A stretch of 64,000 nucleotides of DNA from the human T2T-CHM13v2.0 reference genome, Homo sapiens: the NCBI RefSeq assembly GCF_009914755.1, contig NC_060947.1; one strand, 5' to 3'. This document shows, piece after piece, positions 13,930 to 27,100 of this stretch (the stretch's first letter is position 1; the number at the start of each line of letters is the position of its first letter). The notes beneath the pieces are model-generated. The model did not search any database and was not told the DNA's origin. It saw only the letters and a list, made by a program, of their open reading frames with translations. The position numbers and the translations under genes are program-made.

Positions 13930-13976
13930 TAAAATCTCCCATTAGTTCTGCCTTTTCGTTGAAGGCTGATGATACA
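13660..13976 (+). mobile_element. MLT2-type (ERVL) LTR 3' part with an embedded AT/CA microsatellite
   Basis: atctcccattagttctgccttttcgttgaaggctgatgataca|gatttc resembles the MLT2 LTR end and ERVL-int start; left boundary approximate. Confidence 0.55.
13879..13928 (+). repeat. (CA)25 microsatellite; (CA)19 in copies 2 and 3
   Basis: Counted directly. Confidence 0.95.
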
Positions 13977-14039
13977 GATTTCAACATTGAGATCGGGTTC
14001 CCACCACACGAGGGGCTAAGGAAGAGTATGTGTGATATG

Positions 14040-14295
14040 TCTAGAGAGCTTCTTAGTCCTCCTGTGTTTTTCGATTAGAGTTAATGGAAAATCACAGCAA
14101 CCCCATCCAGGCAGGATATCTAATGGTTCAGACTCTTCCGTAATGAAGGTTTGAGTCATCCTGCCAGGCCAAGCATCATGACCAACTGACATGCTATCTC
14201 AGGGCAAAGGGAATGCGAAACGGGTAGCGAAAGAAGGTAGTTATAAACGCCAGCTACATCAGTGTGAGCTGCTGCAGAAACCACGACTGTAATAG
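14040..14295 (+). mobile_element. ERVL-class internal 3' end remnant
   Basis: RVNGKSQQPHPGRISNGSDSSVMKV*VILPG...QGKGNAKRVAKEGSYKRQL resembles the HERV-L pol C-terminus. Confidence 0.78.
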
Positions 14296-14401
14296 TATTT
14301 ACCTAATGGGTTAATAATATCTACCAGCACAGGTGGGAATACAAAATAACCAAAACACAAGTTATCCTTTCAAATAAAACGCTTTGGGAAAAAGAACATC
14401 T

Positions 14402-14407
14402 TTTACT
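14402..14407 (-). terminator. Probable variant poly(A) signal AGTAAA for CT45A copy B (equivalents at ~31651 and ~48903)
   Basis: AGTAAA ~170 nt after the stop, followed by T/GT-rich sequence; no canonical AATAAA seen on the minus strand nearby. Confidence 0.45.
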
Positions 14408-14577
14408 AACAGAAATTTCTTAGCCTCTGGAAGGCCAGTTGATTCGGTAACATATGCCAGGAGACTTCAGCAATATCCTGCTCCATTGTAGAAAACAGCA
14501 ATCTGATCCTTTTCTCTCCTCAATCATTAATGAGATTATGCATTTGGGGTGTGATAATCCTCCAGGGACAAGTATTC

Positions 14578-14635
14578 TCAAATCATACGTTTCAGTTTCT
14601 TCTTAAGGTGCTTAACAAAGTCTCGTCTCATACAT
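14578..14635 (-). CDS. CT45A: CT45A copy B exon 5 coding part ([18 protein letters not shown])
   Basis: tctctttctcttcag acceptor; TGA at 14580-14578. Confidence 0.94.
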
Positions 14636-17600
14636 CTGAAGAGAAAGAGACATGTCATTAACCAAAAGATAGCCAAAGAACCTATGCTGTAGGAAGCGCT
14701 GTGACAGATAGAAAGATGAAGTAACAGTCAGCATGGAAATAGAAATGTATCTGCATGGTAAGAGGCAGTCTAGCCGGCATAACAAATGCTGGCAAGGGTG
14801 TGGAGAAAAGGGAACCCTCATACACTGTTGGTGGGAACATAAATTACTACAACAACTATGAAGAACAGTTTGGAGGTTCCTCAAACAACTAAAAATGGAG
14901 CTATCATATGATCCAGCAATCCCACTGCTGGGTATATACCCAAGAGAAAGGAAGTCAGTGTACCGAAGAGATATCTGCACTCCCATGTTTCCTGCACCAC
15001 CATTCACAGTAGCCAAGATTTGGAAGCAACCTAAGTGTCCACTAACACGTGAATGGGTAAAGAAAATATGGTACATATACACCATAGAGTACTGTTTAGC
15101 CATAAAAAAAAGAATGAGATTCAGTCATTTGCAACAACACGGATAGAACCGAAGGTCCTTATGTTAAGTGAAATAAGCCAGGCACAGAAAGACAAACTTC
15201 ACATGTTCTCACTTATTTTTGGGAGTAAAAGTGTAAAACAACTGAACTAATGGAGATAGAGAGTAGAATGACAGTTACCAGAGGCTACAAAGGTTAGTGG
15301 GGGTGGAGGGTGTGGGAAGTGGGGATGATTAATACGTAGAAGTATGGAATAAATAAGATGTCGTATTTCATAGCCCAACAGGGTGACTATAGTTGGTAAT
15401 AATTTAATTGCACATTTAAAAATAATGAAGAGTATAATTGTATTCTCTGTAACGCAAAGGATAAAAGCTTGAGGTGATAGAAACCCCACTTACCTTGATG
15501 TGATTATTACACATTGTTGTCTGTATCACAATATCTCATATAGCCCAGAAATATATGCATCTGCTATGTGCCTACACAAATTTTTTAAAAAGAGGTAGTC
15601 TAGCAAATACAAAGAGTGTCAATTGAGGGACAATGCGCACCTCAGACTATGGTGAAAATGGAAGTCTCCATAGTCTTCGAAGAATGAGTTAGACTCAGAT
15701 AACATTAGCCTAAGTAACTGTGGAGACAGCCATAACTGTGAGTGAGGACCAGGGTTTGAGAAACGCAAGGCAGGGGCTGTTCCCCAACGCTCACCCCCAG
15801 TGCTCTATTGAGCCCAAGTGCTTAAAGAAATTGGACAGTTCCTATTTCTACCCACCTTGCTGCTTCCTTGATGATGGATTCAAAAAATCGTTTCCTGACT
15901 GCAGTAGGTCCTTGCACTCCTTCAAGCATTTCGAAGATTTTTTCATATTCTGAAGATGTTGAAAAAAAAAACTTCAGTATTATCAAATATAAAGAAGAAT
16001 AGAAGTGAATCTACACCTCAGCAATCATGCTTCAGAGGCTGAAATGTTTTAAATGCTTAAATCAAGATACCTGCACATACAAAACCTAAATAATAAAAAA
16101 GACACCTGCACATACATACGAATGTAACTCCTTTAACCATAACCAAGTAAGAAAAGAAAAAGAAAAAATGTACATGCTTTAGTCAAAGAAAAGAGGAACC
16201 ACCATAAATTATGTGCAATCTCAACTCTGGCAAAGAATGAAACTCAACAGGCAACATGAATATCTTCTGAATCATAGAAAGAGAGACTTCCTATAGTTTT
16301 ATAAAACAGACATTCTTATACTACTTACTTTGTCCAACGCATCGGAGTTCCTTCACTAATTTACGTTTTATATCAGCATTAATTTCTTGTTGGCTTTTGG
16401 GAGAGGAGGCTGTTTCTCTGCATTCTAGGTCATCTCCAGAGAAACTGCTGGTAACGTTTCCTCCCACAGGTGCATTGCTACCAGGTTTCTGCATCATCCT
16501 ATCTTTGCTGAAACCAGTGAAGTCATCAATCTGAGAATCCAATTGGCTGGGTGGAATAGCATGTCCTGTCATAAGCTCTGGTGAAACAGATTTTGAGTAA
16601 AAGCCATCAGTTGGTGTTTGACCACTTTCTTTCCCCTCCACATAGACCTCATGAATGACAGCTCTGGAAATCAAACTGAGAAGTTGAGCTGTGAGATATG
16701 TGTGTTTCATCACCCCTCTGGGTACATCTATGTGCTCCTCAGTTTCTAGGGAATTATTTATTTCATAAATGGGAGGATACACCAGGGAGAAATCCCAGGC
16801 CTGACAAACGGAGGCCAGGACACATAATACAATAAAACCACCTCTTATTTTCTGGCCCTATGAATAGACATGGAAACCAAGTAAGGCAGTACAACTCTAA
16901 AGCAACATTCACAGATCCCTGGTACTCATGGGACAGTTTCAGCTTGTTATGCTTTACAAGTTGAAAGCAGCAAGTCTCACTTGATATCATGATTTCTCAA
17001 ATTCACTTACAAACTGCCATGTTTTACTAAGCTGGAAGCCAGACAACTTGGACACACCTCAACCAGCCTCCTCTCTACATCAAACATATTCTGAGAAAAT
17101 AGAGGTGGCCATTACTGCTGAAAGTTCTATACGTACTCCATCAACAAAAAATCCCTTTTAGTGTATGATTTTCCTCATCCTTCCTTTCTGTCTCACAAAA
17201 GTGACTTTCTTTTCACTCCAGGTCTGACACCTCTCATTTATTCATCGTCTGTGGCAGGCAGCATGCCGGTAGCTGGGGATCAGCAGTAAACAGCCCAGAG
17301 AGCAACGTTCCCTGCCCTTGTGGAGCTCACATCCTCATGGGGCGGTCAGACAGTACGTGCACAATGAGCAAATGAAACATACAGTGTTGGGCTAGTGGTA
17401 AGGAAGCAGTCCACAGGCCTGTGGGCAACAGCAGCAGAGGGAGCCCCAGGAGCTGCTGCTGGTTGGGCAGAGCCTTCTGTGGAGGTACCCTTGGGCAGGG
17501 CTTGAAGGAAAAAGCAGAGCTGCCTGCGCAGAGGCAGAGGGGGAGTTCCAGGTTGCGGTGAGGCCAAGGATATGGGCTGGAGTGGGGATGGACCGGGCAC

Positions 17601-18668
17601 TACGGGGTGAAGGACAGTAGCAGAGAGAGTCAGGAGATGATGGGGCCCGTGTGAGGAGAGGGTGACGGAGGCCAGGCCACGCAGAACCTCGCAGACCAAA
17701 GCTGCTTCGCAGTCGGTTCTGAGTGCTTAGGAGTGTTGAGGATGGGTGTTCAGGAGCGACATGGCATCACGTGATTTACATGCCAACATCATGACCCGGC
17801 TGCAGGGTTGGAGGGTATGTGTTTGATGCGGGAAATAATGGGAAACATGGAGGTATCTCAGGAGCTCAGTGATTGATCGTGGCAGAGTGGAATAGAAGGA
17901 GAGAGAGAGATGCTGGGGTTCAGGAATTTTTTACAGTATTTAGAGAAGAGAAGAAAAAGAAATGTAGAAAAAAACAATGATGGGGTCGGGGGCGGTGGCT
18001 CGTGCGTGTAATCCCAGCACTTTGGGAGGCTGAGGTGTGTGGATCACCTGAGGGGGGGAGTTCCAGACCAGCCTGGCCGACATGGCGAAACCCCATCTCT
18101 ACTAAACTTACAAAAATTAGCTGGGTGTGGTGGCTGGTGCTTGTAATCCCGCTACTCGGGAGGCTGCGGCAGAAGAATCACTTGAACCCAGGAGACGGAG
18201 ATTTCAGTGAGCCGAGATCGCGCCACTGCACTCCAGCCTGGCTGAGAAGAGCGAAACTCCATCTCAAGAAAAAAATGATAGGGATTCACCAATACGGACA
18301 AGAAATTAAAAAAAAAAAAAAAAGATTGTCGGAAATGGAAATCCTAGAAGGTTTTCATGAAGAAGCGAGTGAACAACTGTCAAATGCTGCTGAGAAGTTA
18401 ATGGCAATGTCAGCCGAAACTGTTAACCTTGACAAGGACAGTTTCTCTGGAGGGGATGAGGCAGGAGCATGAGGAGGACATGAGGACAGGCTTACTTACT
18501 CTTTGCTTTGGACATGGCAGAGCCTGCAATAAGGCTGTCTCCTGCTCCTTGTTTCCTTGCCAACAGGGCCATCCTCTGCCTTTTCTGATACGAAGGACTG
18601 TCACATTCCCTGGGACGTTTAAACACAGTTTCAGGATCTACAGCCACCTTCTCTGTTTTATCGGTCAT
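14578..18668 (-). CDS. CT45A: CT45A family cancer/testis antigen, copy B, complete 189 aa; join(18500-18668,16329-16577,15856-15949,14578-14635)
   Basis: All introns GT-AG, phases 1/1/2 compatible, 570 nt with an intact frame to TGA; protein recognised as CT45 with an INTS6/SAGE1/DDX26B-type C-terminus. Confidence 0.96.
14775..15589 (+). mobile_element. 5'-truncated L1MA-type element in CT45A intron 4, antisense to the gene; TSD AAGAGG(C/T)AGTCTAGC; copies ~32024-32838 and ~49276-50090
   Basis: [30 protein letters not shown], then an L1M 3' UTR; TSD at 14760-14774 and 15590-15604. Confidence 0.88.
15856..15949 (-). CDS. CT45A: CT45A copy B exon 4 ([30 protein letters not shown])
   Basis: cttcag acceptor with a poly-T tract, AG|gtgggt donor. 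Confidence 0.94.
16329..16577 (-). CDS. CT45A: CT45A copy B exon 3 ([13 protein letters not shown]...KELRCVGQ)
   Basis: tttcaccag acceptor, gtaagt donor; inside ORF 16321-16782. Confidence 0.95.
18500..18668 (-). CDS. CT45A: CT45A copy B exon 2 (MTDK...MSKAK)
   Basis: ATG at 18668; donor gtaagt. Confidence 0.94.
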
Positions 18669-21169
18669 TGTTTCCTGAAAAACATCAATGAATATATTCT
18701 ATTCATGACAAAAATCTAACAATCACAAAATGGCAAGCAATCTGCATATGTGTATACAACCAAGACTTTGAATCATTAATTTCACTTTTAATCATGAGCC
18801 AAGATTTACCAAGTCTCAACAAACACTCTGTTCTCAGGAAAAGAAACCTAATTTTAATGTACACAAAGTAAAACAGAAGAAAGATGGTATAACCAAATCA
18901 ATCAGAATGCTTGTGGAATAAGCAGCTGTCATCAACCAAAAATAGATAAAAATATTATTACCTATTTGAAGATGTATAAGCCAATCTGTATTAACCCTTA
19001 TTAGAAAAAATGGATGTATAAACCAATCTGTATTAACCCTTATTATACATTATATTTTAAATTATATATTATATATCATATATATTTAATATATAAGTAT
19101 TTATGCTTATATATTCAAATAGATGCATAAACCAACGTGTATTAACCCTTATTAGGAACCCTTATTAGAAGATTGATACAAAACTGATAACAACATCTGA
19201 CAAGGAATTTAGAAGAATGAAAAACTACAAGATCAAGCCAAAAATACAAGCCAAGATCACCCCGAACTTAGACACAAAAATTCCAAACTAAGGGTGAGCA
19301 AATAAAATGTACTAGTACTTAAAAAGGACATACATCAGCCATGGTGGAGTATATTGCAGAAAGGCAACACTGATTTAACATTTGAAAATCGACAAATGTA
19401 GTGCACCACATTAACAACAACAACAACAACAACAACAAAAACAGGGAAACACCGCATGATCATTTTCATACATGGATCAATGTTTAAAGTCCATTCGTGA
19501 TAAAAACTATCACCAACTTAGGAAAAAGGGCAACTTTCCTATTCTGGTTAGCATATGTACAAAAAATTTTTAAATGCCATACTTCATAGTGACGTATCAG
19601 TATTTTCTCCCTGAGTTTGAACACAAGACAAAGATGTCCACTATCCATTCAACAATTTACTGGAGGTTCTAAAAAGTGCCATATCATCAGGAAAATACAA
19701 TAGGTTTAAAATTTGGAAAGAAATAAAACTGTCATTATTCACAGATGACATTGTTCTGTACATAGAAAAATGCAGAAGAATAAAATCATTACAGTTAATA
19801 AGCAAATTTAGTCAACTTACTAGATACAATGAAAACCAATGGCATTTCTGTATAATGAATAGCAATTCTGTATAATGAATGGCATTATACAGAATGGCAA
19901 TTCTGTATAACGAATAATTAGAATATGAGATTTCAAATGTCGTTAAAAACAGTTCCAAAAACATCAAATATTTAGGAATAAATCTAATCAAGATGTGCTA
20001 GAGTACTTCACAAAAATTATAAAACATCACTCAGAGAAATTCAAGACTGCAGTAAATGGAGAAAAATATTCTTTCCATGCATTGGAAGACATTTTTTTTT
20101 TTTTTTGAGTCGGAGCCTCGCTCTGTCACCCAGGCTGCAGTGGAGTGGCACAGTCTCTGCTCACTGCAACCTCCACTTCCCAGGTTCAAGCAATTCTCCT
20201 GCCTCAGCCTCCTGAGTAGCTGCGATTACGGGCGCCTGCCACGACGCTGGATAAAGAAAATGTGGTACATATACACCACGGAATACTATGCAGCCATAAA
20301 AAAGAATGAGTTCATGTCCTTTGAAGGGACATGTGTCAGCAAGCTAACACAGGAACAGAAAACCAAACACCACGTGTCCTCACTCATAAGTGGGAGTTGA
20401 ACAATGAGAACACATGGACGCGGGGAGAAGAACATCACACAGTGGGGCCTGTCAGGGGTTGGGGGGCTAGGGGAGGGATAGCATTAGAGAAATACCTAAG
20501 GTAGATGACGGGTCAATGGGTGCAGCAAACAACCATGGCATGTGTCTTCCTATGTAACAAACCTGCACGTTCTGCCCATGTATCCCGGAACTTAAAGTAT
20601 AATTTTAAGAAAAGGAATATTATCGTAATGGCATTGGGTGAGTCAAAGATGTTTCTTAAAATAATAAAAAGCACTATCCATAAATAATACACTAATTAAT
20701 AAAATTAAGAGAATCTGTTCATCTACAACACATTATTGAGATCGTGTAAAAGCAAAAAAGATTTATAGAAGATACTAAAATTGTATATGTATTTTTGTAT
20801 ATGTACATATACGCCTGTGTGCCTGTGCGTATAACTCAAATACAGAATATATGGAAACTACAAATCCATTTTTAAAATACAAACATCTCAGTAAAAGCTG
20901 GGGGAAAATACCTGAAAAGGAACTTCATAAAAGGCATAGTTAAATGACCAATAAACACATAAAATGGTGCTAAAAAAAAAAAAAAGAAAACAATAAATAG
21001 CTGGGTGTGGTGGCACTGCAATCCAGTCTGGGTGACAGAGGGAGACCTCATCTCAAAAGACAAACAAAAATCAATAAATAAAAACAATTTCTTAAAAAGG
21101 TGCTCGATCTCATTAATCAGCAGAGAAATGCGAGTGTAGACATAAGGAGAGATCACTGCACACCCATCA

Positions 21170-22590
21170 GAGTGGCTGGAATGAAAGACTAACTGTACTG
21201 CGAGTGTTCGAATGTGGCACAGCTGGAACCTTCGAATATTTCTGGACTCCCATTCCCACACAGACACCTGAGGCTGTGGCTGAAAGGTCAGATAGAATCC
21301 CAGGAAAGAGCTCCTTCAGAATTGCGATCAACCAACCGAGGAAAAGCACCCCAACCTGGGTCGAGACAGAGTTCCCAAGGTCACGTGGCCTCCTTCATGG
21401 CTGACACAGAGCTCCCTGAGTCCCACCATAGGCTTAGAGAATCCAAGGAACATTACCCCATTCCCCGGCGGCACCGGGAGAGAGCACCTACAGATAATAA
21501 TTTTAAAAACCCAGCACCAAGAGAAAGCATCCAGTAAGCGTCCACAACGGGGATAAGCAGAACCAAAGAAAAGCCAACACATTGTAACTGAGAGCGAGCA
21601 ACATCCGAGGACAAATGCGCCTCACGGCCGACATCAGTACCCAAGGAAGAGTCCACCAGAGGTTGAGATAAAGCCCCCGACAGTGACCCCACAGGGCTAC
21701 GATCATGTGTCCGGGGCACAGCCACCCCCACCACGTTCCATGAGCACAGATAGTGTCCCCAGGGCAGAGTCCCCCCTCAGGACAGCGACTGAGCGGGAAA
21801 GAAACACCGCCGCACCCGAGGCCGACACAGGCAACCAAGGCATGGCCCCCACCCCCCGGGCTCAGGTCATTTCAGCAGGAAAAGTCGCCTTTTCCATCAC
21901 CGACAGGGAGCCCCCAAGAAGAGCCCCCAAGAAAAGCCCCCTGGCCCCACAACATAGCCGAGACGGGGTGCCCAAGGAAAACGCTCCCCCGCGGCTGACA
22001 CAGGCGCCCATGGCGGTGTCCCCAGAGCTAAGCCACTTCCCCAAGGGAGCCCTCCCACACACCGGACAGAGAACACCACAGAAAAGACTCTTTCTGAGGA
22101 AAAAGGACACTTTCCAGGGCGAAATTAAAGCATCCAGGGAAAAACTGCCCACTCACAGTCCTGAAGTCCTGACCTTGCTGGAGGAGAGACGGCGGCACCT
22201 CACAAAATGGCAGTGAAGTTGTGGCGCCTCCCCACTGGTGGCACTTTCTAGAAACCTGCCCTCTGGGAGTTGTGGGAAATGTGCCCCCTAGGGCACCTGG
22301 GAGTGATGTGCATGGGGAGGCGTCTCACCAGAAGCACCGATCCCGTTTGGCCCAAGGGGGATGGGAGGAAGGGAAGTAGCCAGCCACAGCGTGCCTGCCC
22401 CAGCCGAACACTGGGAACCTGTTGGGGGCGCCAGAGTGCTGAGGAGAAGCCTCGTGCCCCAGAGAACCAGGAAGCGCAGCCCTCCCCTTCGCTGACTCTG
22501 GCGCCCTCTACAGGCGACCTTCAGTAACAACTGCACAGCAACGTATGCGGAGGAATGCAGAACCTTCTCACCCAGCGGGATGAAATCGCC
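21170..22590 (-). promoter_or_regulatory. GC/CpG-rich promoter region, copy B
   Basis: Paralog of 3900-5330. Confidence 0.65.
22157..22313 (-). other. CT45A: CT45A copy B non-coding exon 1 (5' end approximate)
   Basis: ggact|gtgagt donor at 22156. Confidence 0.75.
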
Positions 22591-22949
22591 TGGGTAACAT
22601 AGTGAGACCCCGGCTCTACAAAGCAACCAACTAATCAAAAAAGAAAGAAAGAAAGAAAGAAACACACAAATTAGCTGGGCCTAGTGGCCTCGCACCTGTG
22701 GTCCCAACTACTCGGGAAGTTGAGGTGGGAGGATGGCTTGAACCCGGGAGGTGGAGGTAGCAGTGAGCCACTGCACTCCAGCCCAGGCGGTAGAGGAGAC
22801 CCCATCTCAGAAAAAAAAAAAAAAAAGAAAGAAAGAAGGAAAAGAAAAGAAAAAGAAAAAGAACAACAACAAACTGCAATTTTCATTTGAGGGGGTTGTG
22901 TTTTAAAGTCAACCCCGACCCGCCACAGTGGCTCACGCCTGTAATCTCA

Positions 22950-23218
<269 letters not shown>

Positions 23219-23790
23219 TCAATCAATAAATAAAGTCAACCTCTATCTGTTAAAGGTAACCATTATTGTTAATTGATAAGAAAAATGAGGGCCCCAGTGC
23301 GGTCGCTCACGTCTGTAATCCCAGCAATTTGGGAGACCAAGAGGGGTGGATTCCTTGAGCCCAGGAGTTCAAGAGCAGCCTGGGCAGCATGGTGAAACCC
23401 CATCTTAACACAAAATACAAAAATTAGCTGAGCGTGTAACTGTGGTCCCAGCTGCTCGGGAGGCTTGACACCAGGAGGTTGAGGCTGCATTGACCTTTGT
23501 TCGCACCATTGCACTATAGCCTGGGTGACAGAGTAAGACTGTCTACAAAAAAAAAGAAAGAAAGAAAGAGAGAAAGAAAGAAAGAAAGAGAAAGAAAAAA
23601 GAAGGAAGGAAGGAAAGAAAGAACGAAAGAAAGAAAGGAAGGAAGAAAGGAAGGATGGAAGAAAGAAGGGAAGAAAGGAAGAAAGGAAGGATGGAAGAAA
23701 GAAGGGAAGAAAGGAAGAAAGAAAGAGAGAAAGAAAGAAAGGATGGAAGGAGGGGAAACCTTATTATATTGCATCTATTAATCATTTTAA

Positions 23791-24157
<367 letters not shown>

Positions 24158-27100
24158 TGAATTGTCCATAGTGGTAAAAAATATTACAGCGAAATTTTTC
24201 GAGTTTTAATGGAACAGGCAGTTTCACTATTGACACAATTATTTGGAAGGGATTACTTCACTGGTTTTGTAATTCAAAAGTTATGTTTGTAAAAAACTTA
24301 AAATTAAAATTAAAAAATATAGCCAGGCATGGTGGTGGGCACCTGTACTCCCTGCTACTAGGGCAGCAGAGGCAGGAGAATCACTTGAACCTGAGAGGTG
24401 CAAGCTTCAGTGAGCAGAGATCGCGTCACTGCACTCCAAAGGGGCAGAGATCCATTGTCACTGGGGGACAAAGGGAGAGTCCGTCTCAAAATAAATTAAT
24501 TAATTAAAATTAAAATTAAAAATTATGTTTGTTAAGTACCCTGTTAGAAGAGAGTCATATTCAGTATTACAGCTTCTTAGCCTATTGTGTTAATATTTGC
24601 CTGTGCTTCAGAACCTTCATAGAACACATTTTCTTTTGGAATATATTTGATTGATAGGAAAGCTTAAACATTGTTTTCACTTTGATGTAGGAACAGTTGT
24701 TTTGTTTGTTTCCTCTAGTGCTATCAAAATAAAATACTCATTTTTTGCATTAAAAAAATCCCACCAGAGCAGTACTCATAGGAGTATTTGATTGAATAAC
24801 CATGAGACTGGAATCTTGTTGGGGCTTAATTAGAATCCTGCCTACCACACAAGCCACAAGTGGACAGCTGCATACGACAGTCCTGACTGGGACAGCCCTG
24901 AAGGACAGTGATGAAGGGAAATCCTCCCAGAGGGAAGAACTTTGAGCAGTGCACCTTCTTGGAGGAGGCATATCCAGACGTGTAAGTATGTATCATGCAT
25001 AGGCTGTGTCCCACTCATTCGCTGAATTGTCAGGGACTTTGAGAACACACGATTAAAAATGTGTGACAAAGAAGTCTGAGAAAAAAAAAATATGTGGACA
25101 GGCCTGTCCAAACGGACATACAATGTGAAGATATTGGGGTCTCATGAGAGTTCTCAGCAAAGGGTATCCTCAGCAGAGCAGAATTTTAATAATCAGATGG
25201 ATAAGGTACTTATTATCTAGGTATTAATCAGCCTCTTTCCCTAACACGTGTGTCACAATCTTACCGGCTCAACAAACAAAGTGGTCAAACTGGCAGGGTT
25301 GGAGATTATGCGCAGTAGCATGGACCTCCACTCACCATGGCAAACCTGGCTACGGTCATTGCTGAGTGAAAAATCTTCCAGGAATGGAGACCAACACTAA
25401 GCCCCCGATTTGGCACCAGACTCCAGAATGATCTGCCAGCCACTAGTTGGTATGTGGATTACAATAGATCACTTCTAGTATAAAAAGAGAAGTGCTTTCT
25501 TCTTACCTGAACAGACATTTAGTCTAGATATGGATTTTCCTTCCCACTTGCAGTGCTTTTGAGAAAACCAATGTTTGTATCTCGGCTTCCAAAATTCTGG
25601 AAAGCGCTAGTTCCTCAAGTTCCTAGGGTTATTCATTCTGGAGACTCTAGTATACTCTGCAAGAAAACCTGTAGGCCATCCACCAAAATGCCCAAATGGA
25701 GTCACTCTTAAATAACGAGCCCTGCATGTTTCCAGAAACTCTAATTATCAGTGAAAAGTTTACTATGGCAGCGATTTCGCCACCCAGGGCAATTGGAGAA
25801 TGGCAGATACTAGGGACCATTAACTCTGTGAAAGCTGTAGAAGACTGCAGTCAAGACAGTTACAGAACCAAAAGTGACAGTCTTCTATTTTCGATGTTTG
25901 TACAAAGAGGACATACAATTAATAAAGTGGTCGAGGAACAGGTTTCTGCTTTAATACCAAAAACTAACATAGAAACCTGTAAAGGTGTCCAAGTATAGTA
26001 ATCCTTTTCCTGTGTATTTGGTTAAGATTTAAAACTGAAGCTTTCTTTGTTAGCTTTTTTAAAATTATAGATGCCAGAAGGGTACATGTACAGATTTCTC
26101 GCTTGGATATAATTGCACAGTGCCGGGGTTTGGGCTTCTAGTGAACTCATCACCCAAATAGTGAAGAGAGTATCCAATAGGTAGTTTTTCAACCCTCCGA
26201 CCCGCTCCCTCCCTCCCCTCTACCTCCATTTTGGAGTCCCCAGAGTCAATGGTTTCTACCTTTATTTTCATGTGTACCCATTGTTTAGCTCCCACATATG
26301 AATGAGAACACGCAGTATCTCATTTTCTGATTATCAGATTTTGCTTCTGCGTTTCACTTAAAAGTGAAGTTTTCACCGGACACAGTGGCTCACGCCTGTA
26401 ATCCCAGGATTTGGGAGGCAGAAGCGGGTGGATCACTTGAGGTCAGGAGTTCCAGACGAGGCTGGCCAAAGTGGCGAAACCACATCTCTACCAAAAATAC
26501 AAAAAATAGCTGGGGCCCTGCGCTGTGGCTCGCACTTGCACTTTGGGAGTCTGAGGTGGGCATATCACTTGAGGTCAGGAGTTTGAGACTAGCCTGGCCA
26601 ACATGGTGAAACTCTGTCTCTACTAAGAAATACAAACAATTAGCCAGGTGTGATAATGCGTTTCTATAGTCCCAGCTACACAAGGAGGCTGAGGCAAGAG
26701 AACTGCTTGAACCCGGGAGGTGGAGGTTGCAGTGAGCCGAGATTGCACCATAAACTTAATCAAATTGTTGTTCCAACTGCAGCTGCTGTACTACAAGTGG
26801 TTTTGTTGTGTCAGCAACTGTGACATCCCTCGGAACCTGATATACAATACTGATTAGGTGAATGTTTGGCTTTCTTTCAGTAATTGTCGTAAACAAGAAT
26901 TTCAATTCAGCTAGAAAGGACAGCAATGTACTATCATTTCCTATTTCAAGCTTATATCAACTCTCTAGGTTTATATCCTAAACGAGTTCTTAGGGAAAAT
27001 GGCCACCTTTCTCTTAAACCAGATGTGACACCATTCTTTGCAGTGATGACATCATGCTGACTGAAAAGGAGGTAGCAACTAATCCAGACATGGTAGCAAC

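Noticed and set aside
16578-16782. N-terminal 68 aa of the 153-aa ORF 16321-16782
   Set aside because: This is intronic read-through upstream of the exon 3 acceptor; the real frame comes from splicing to exon 2.
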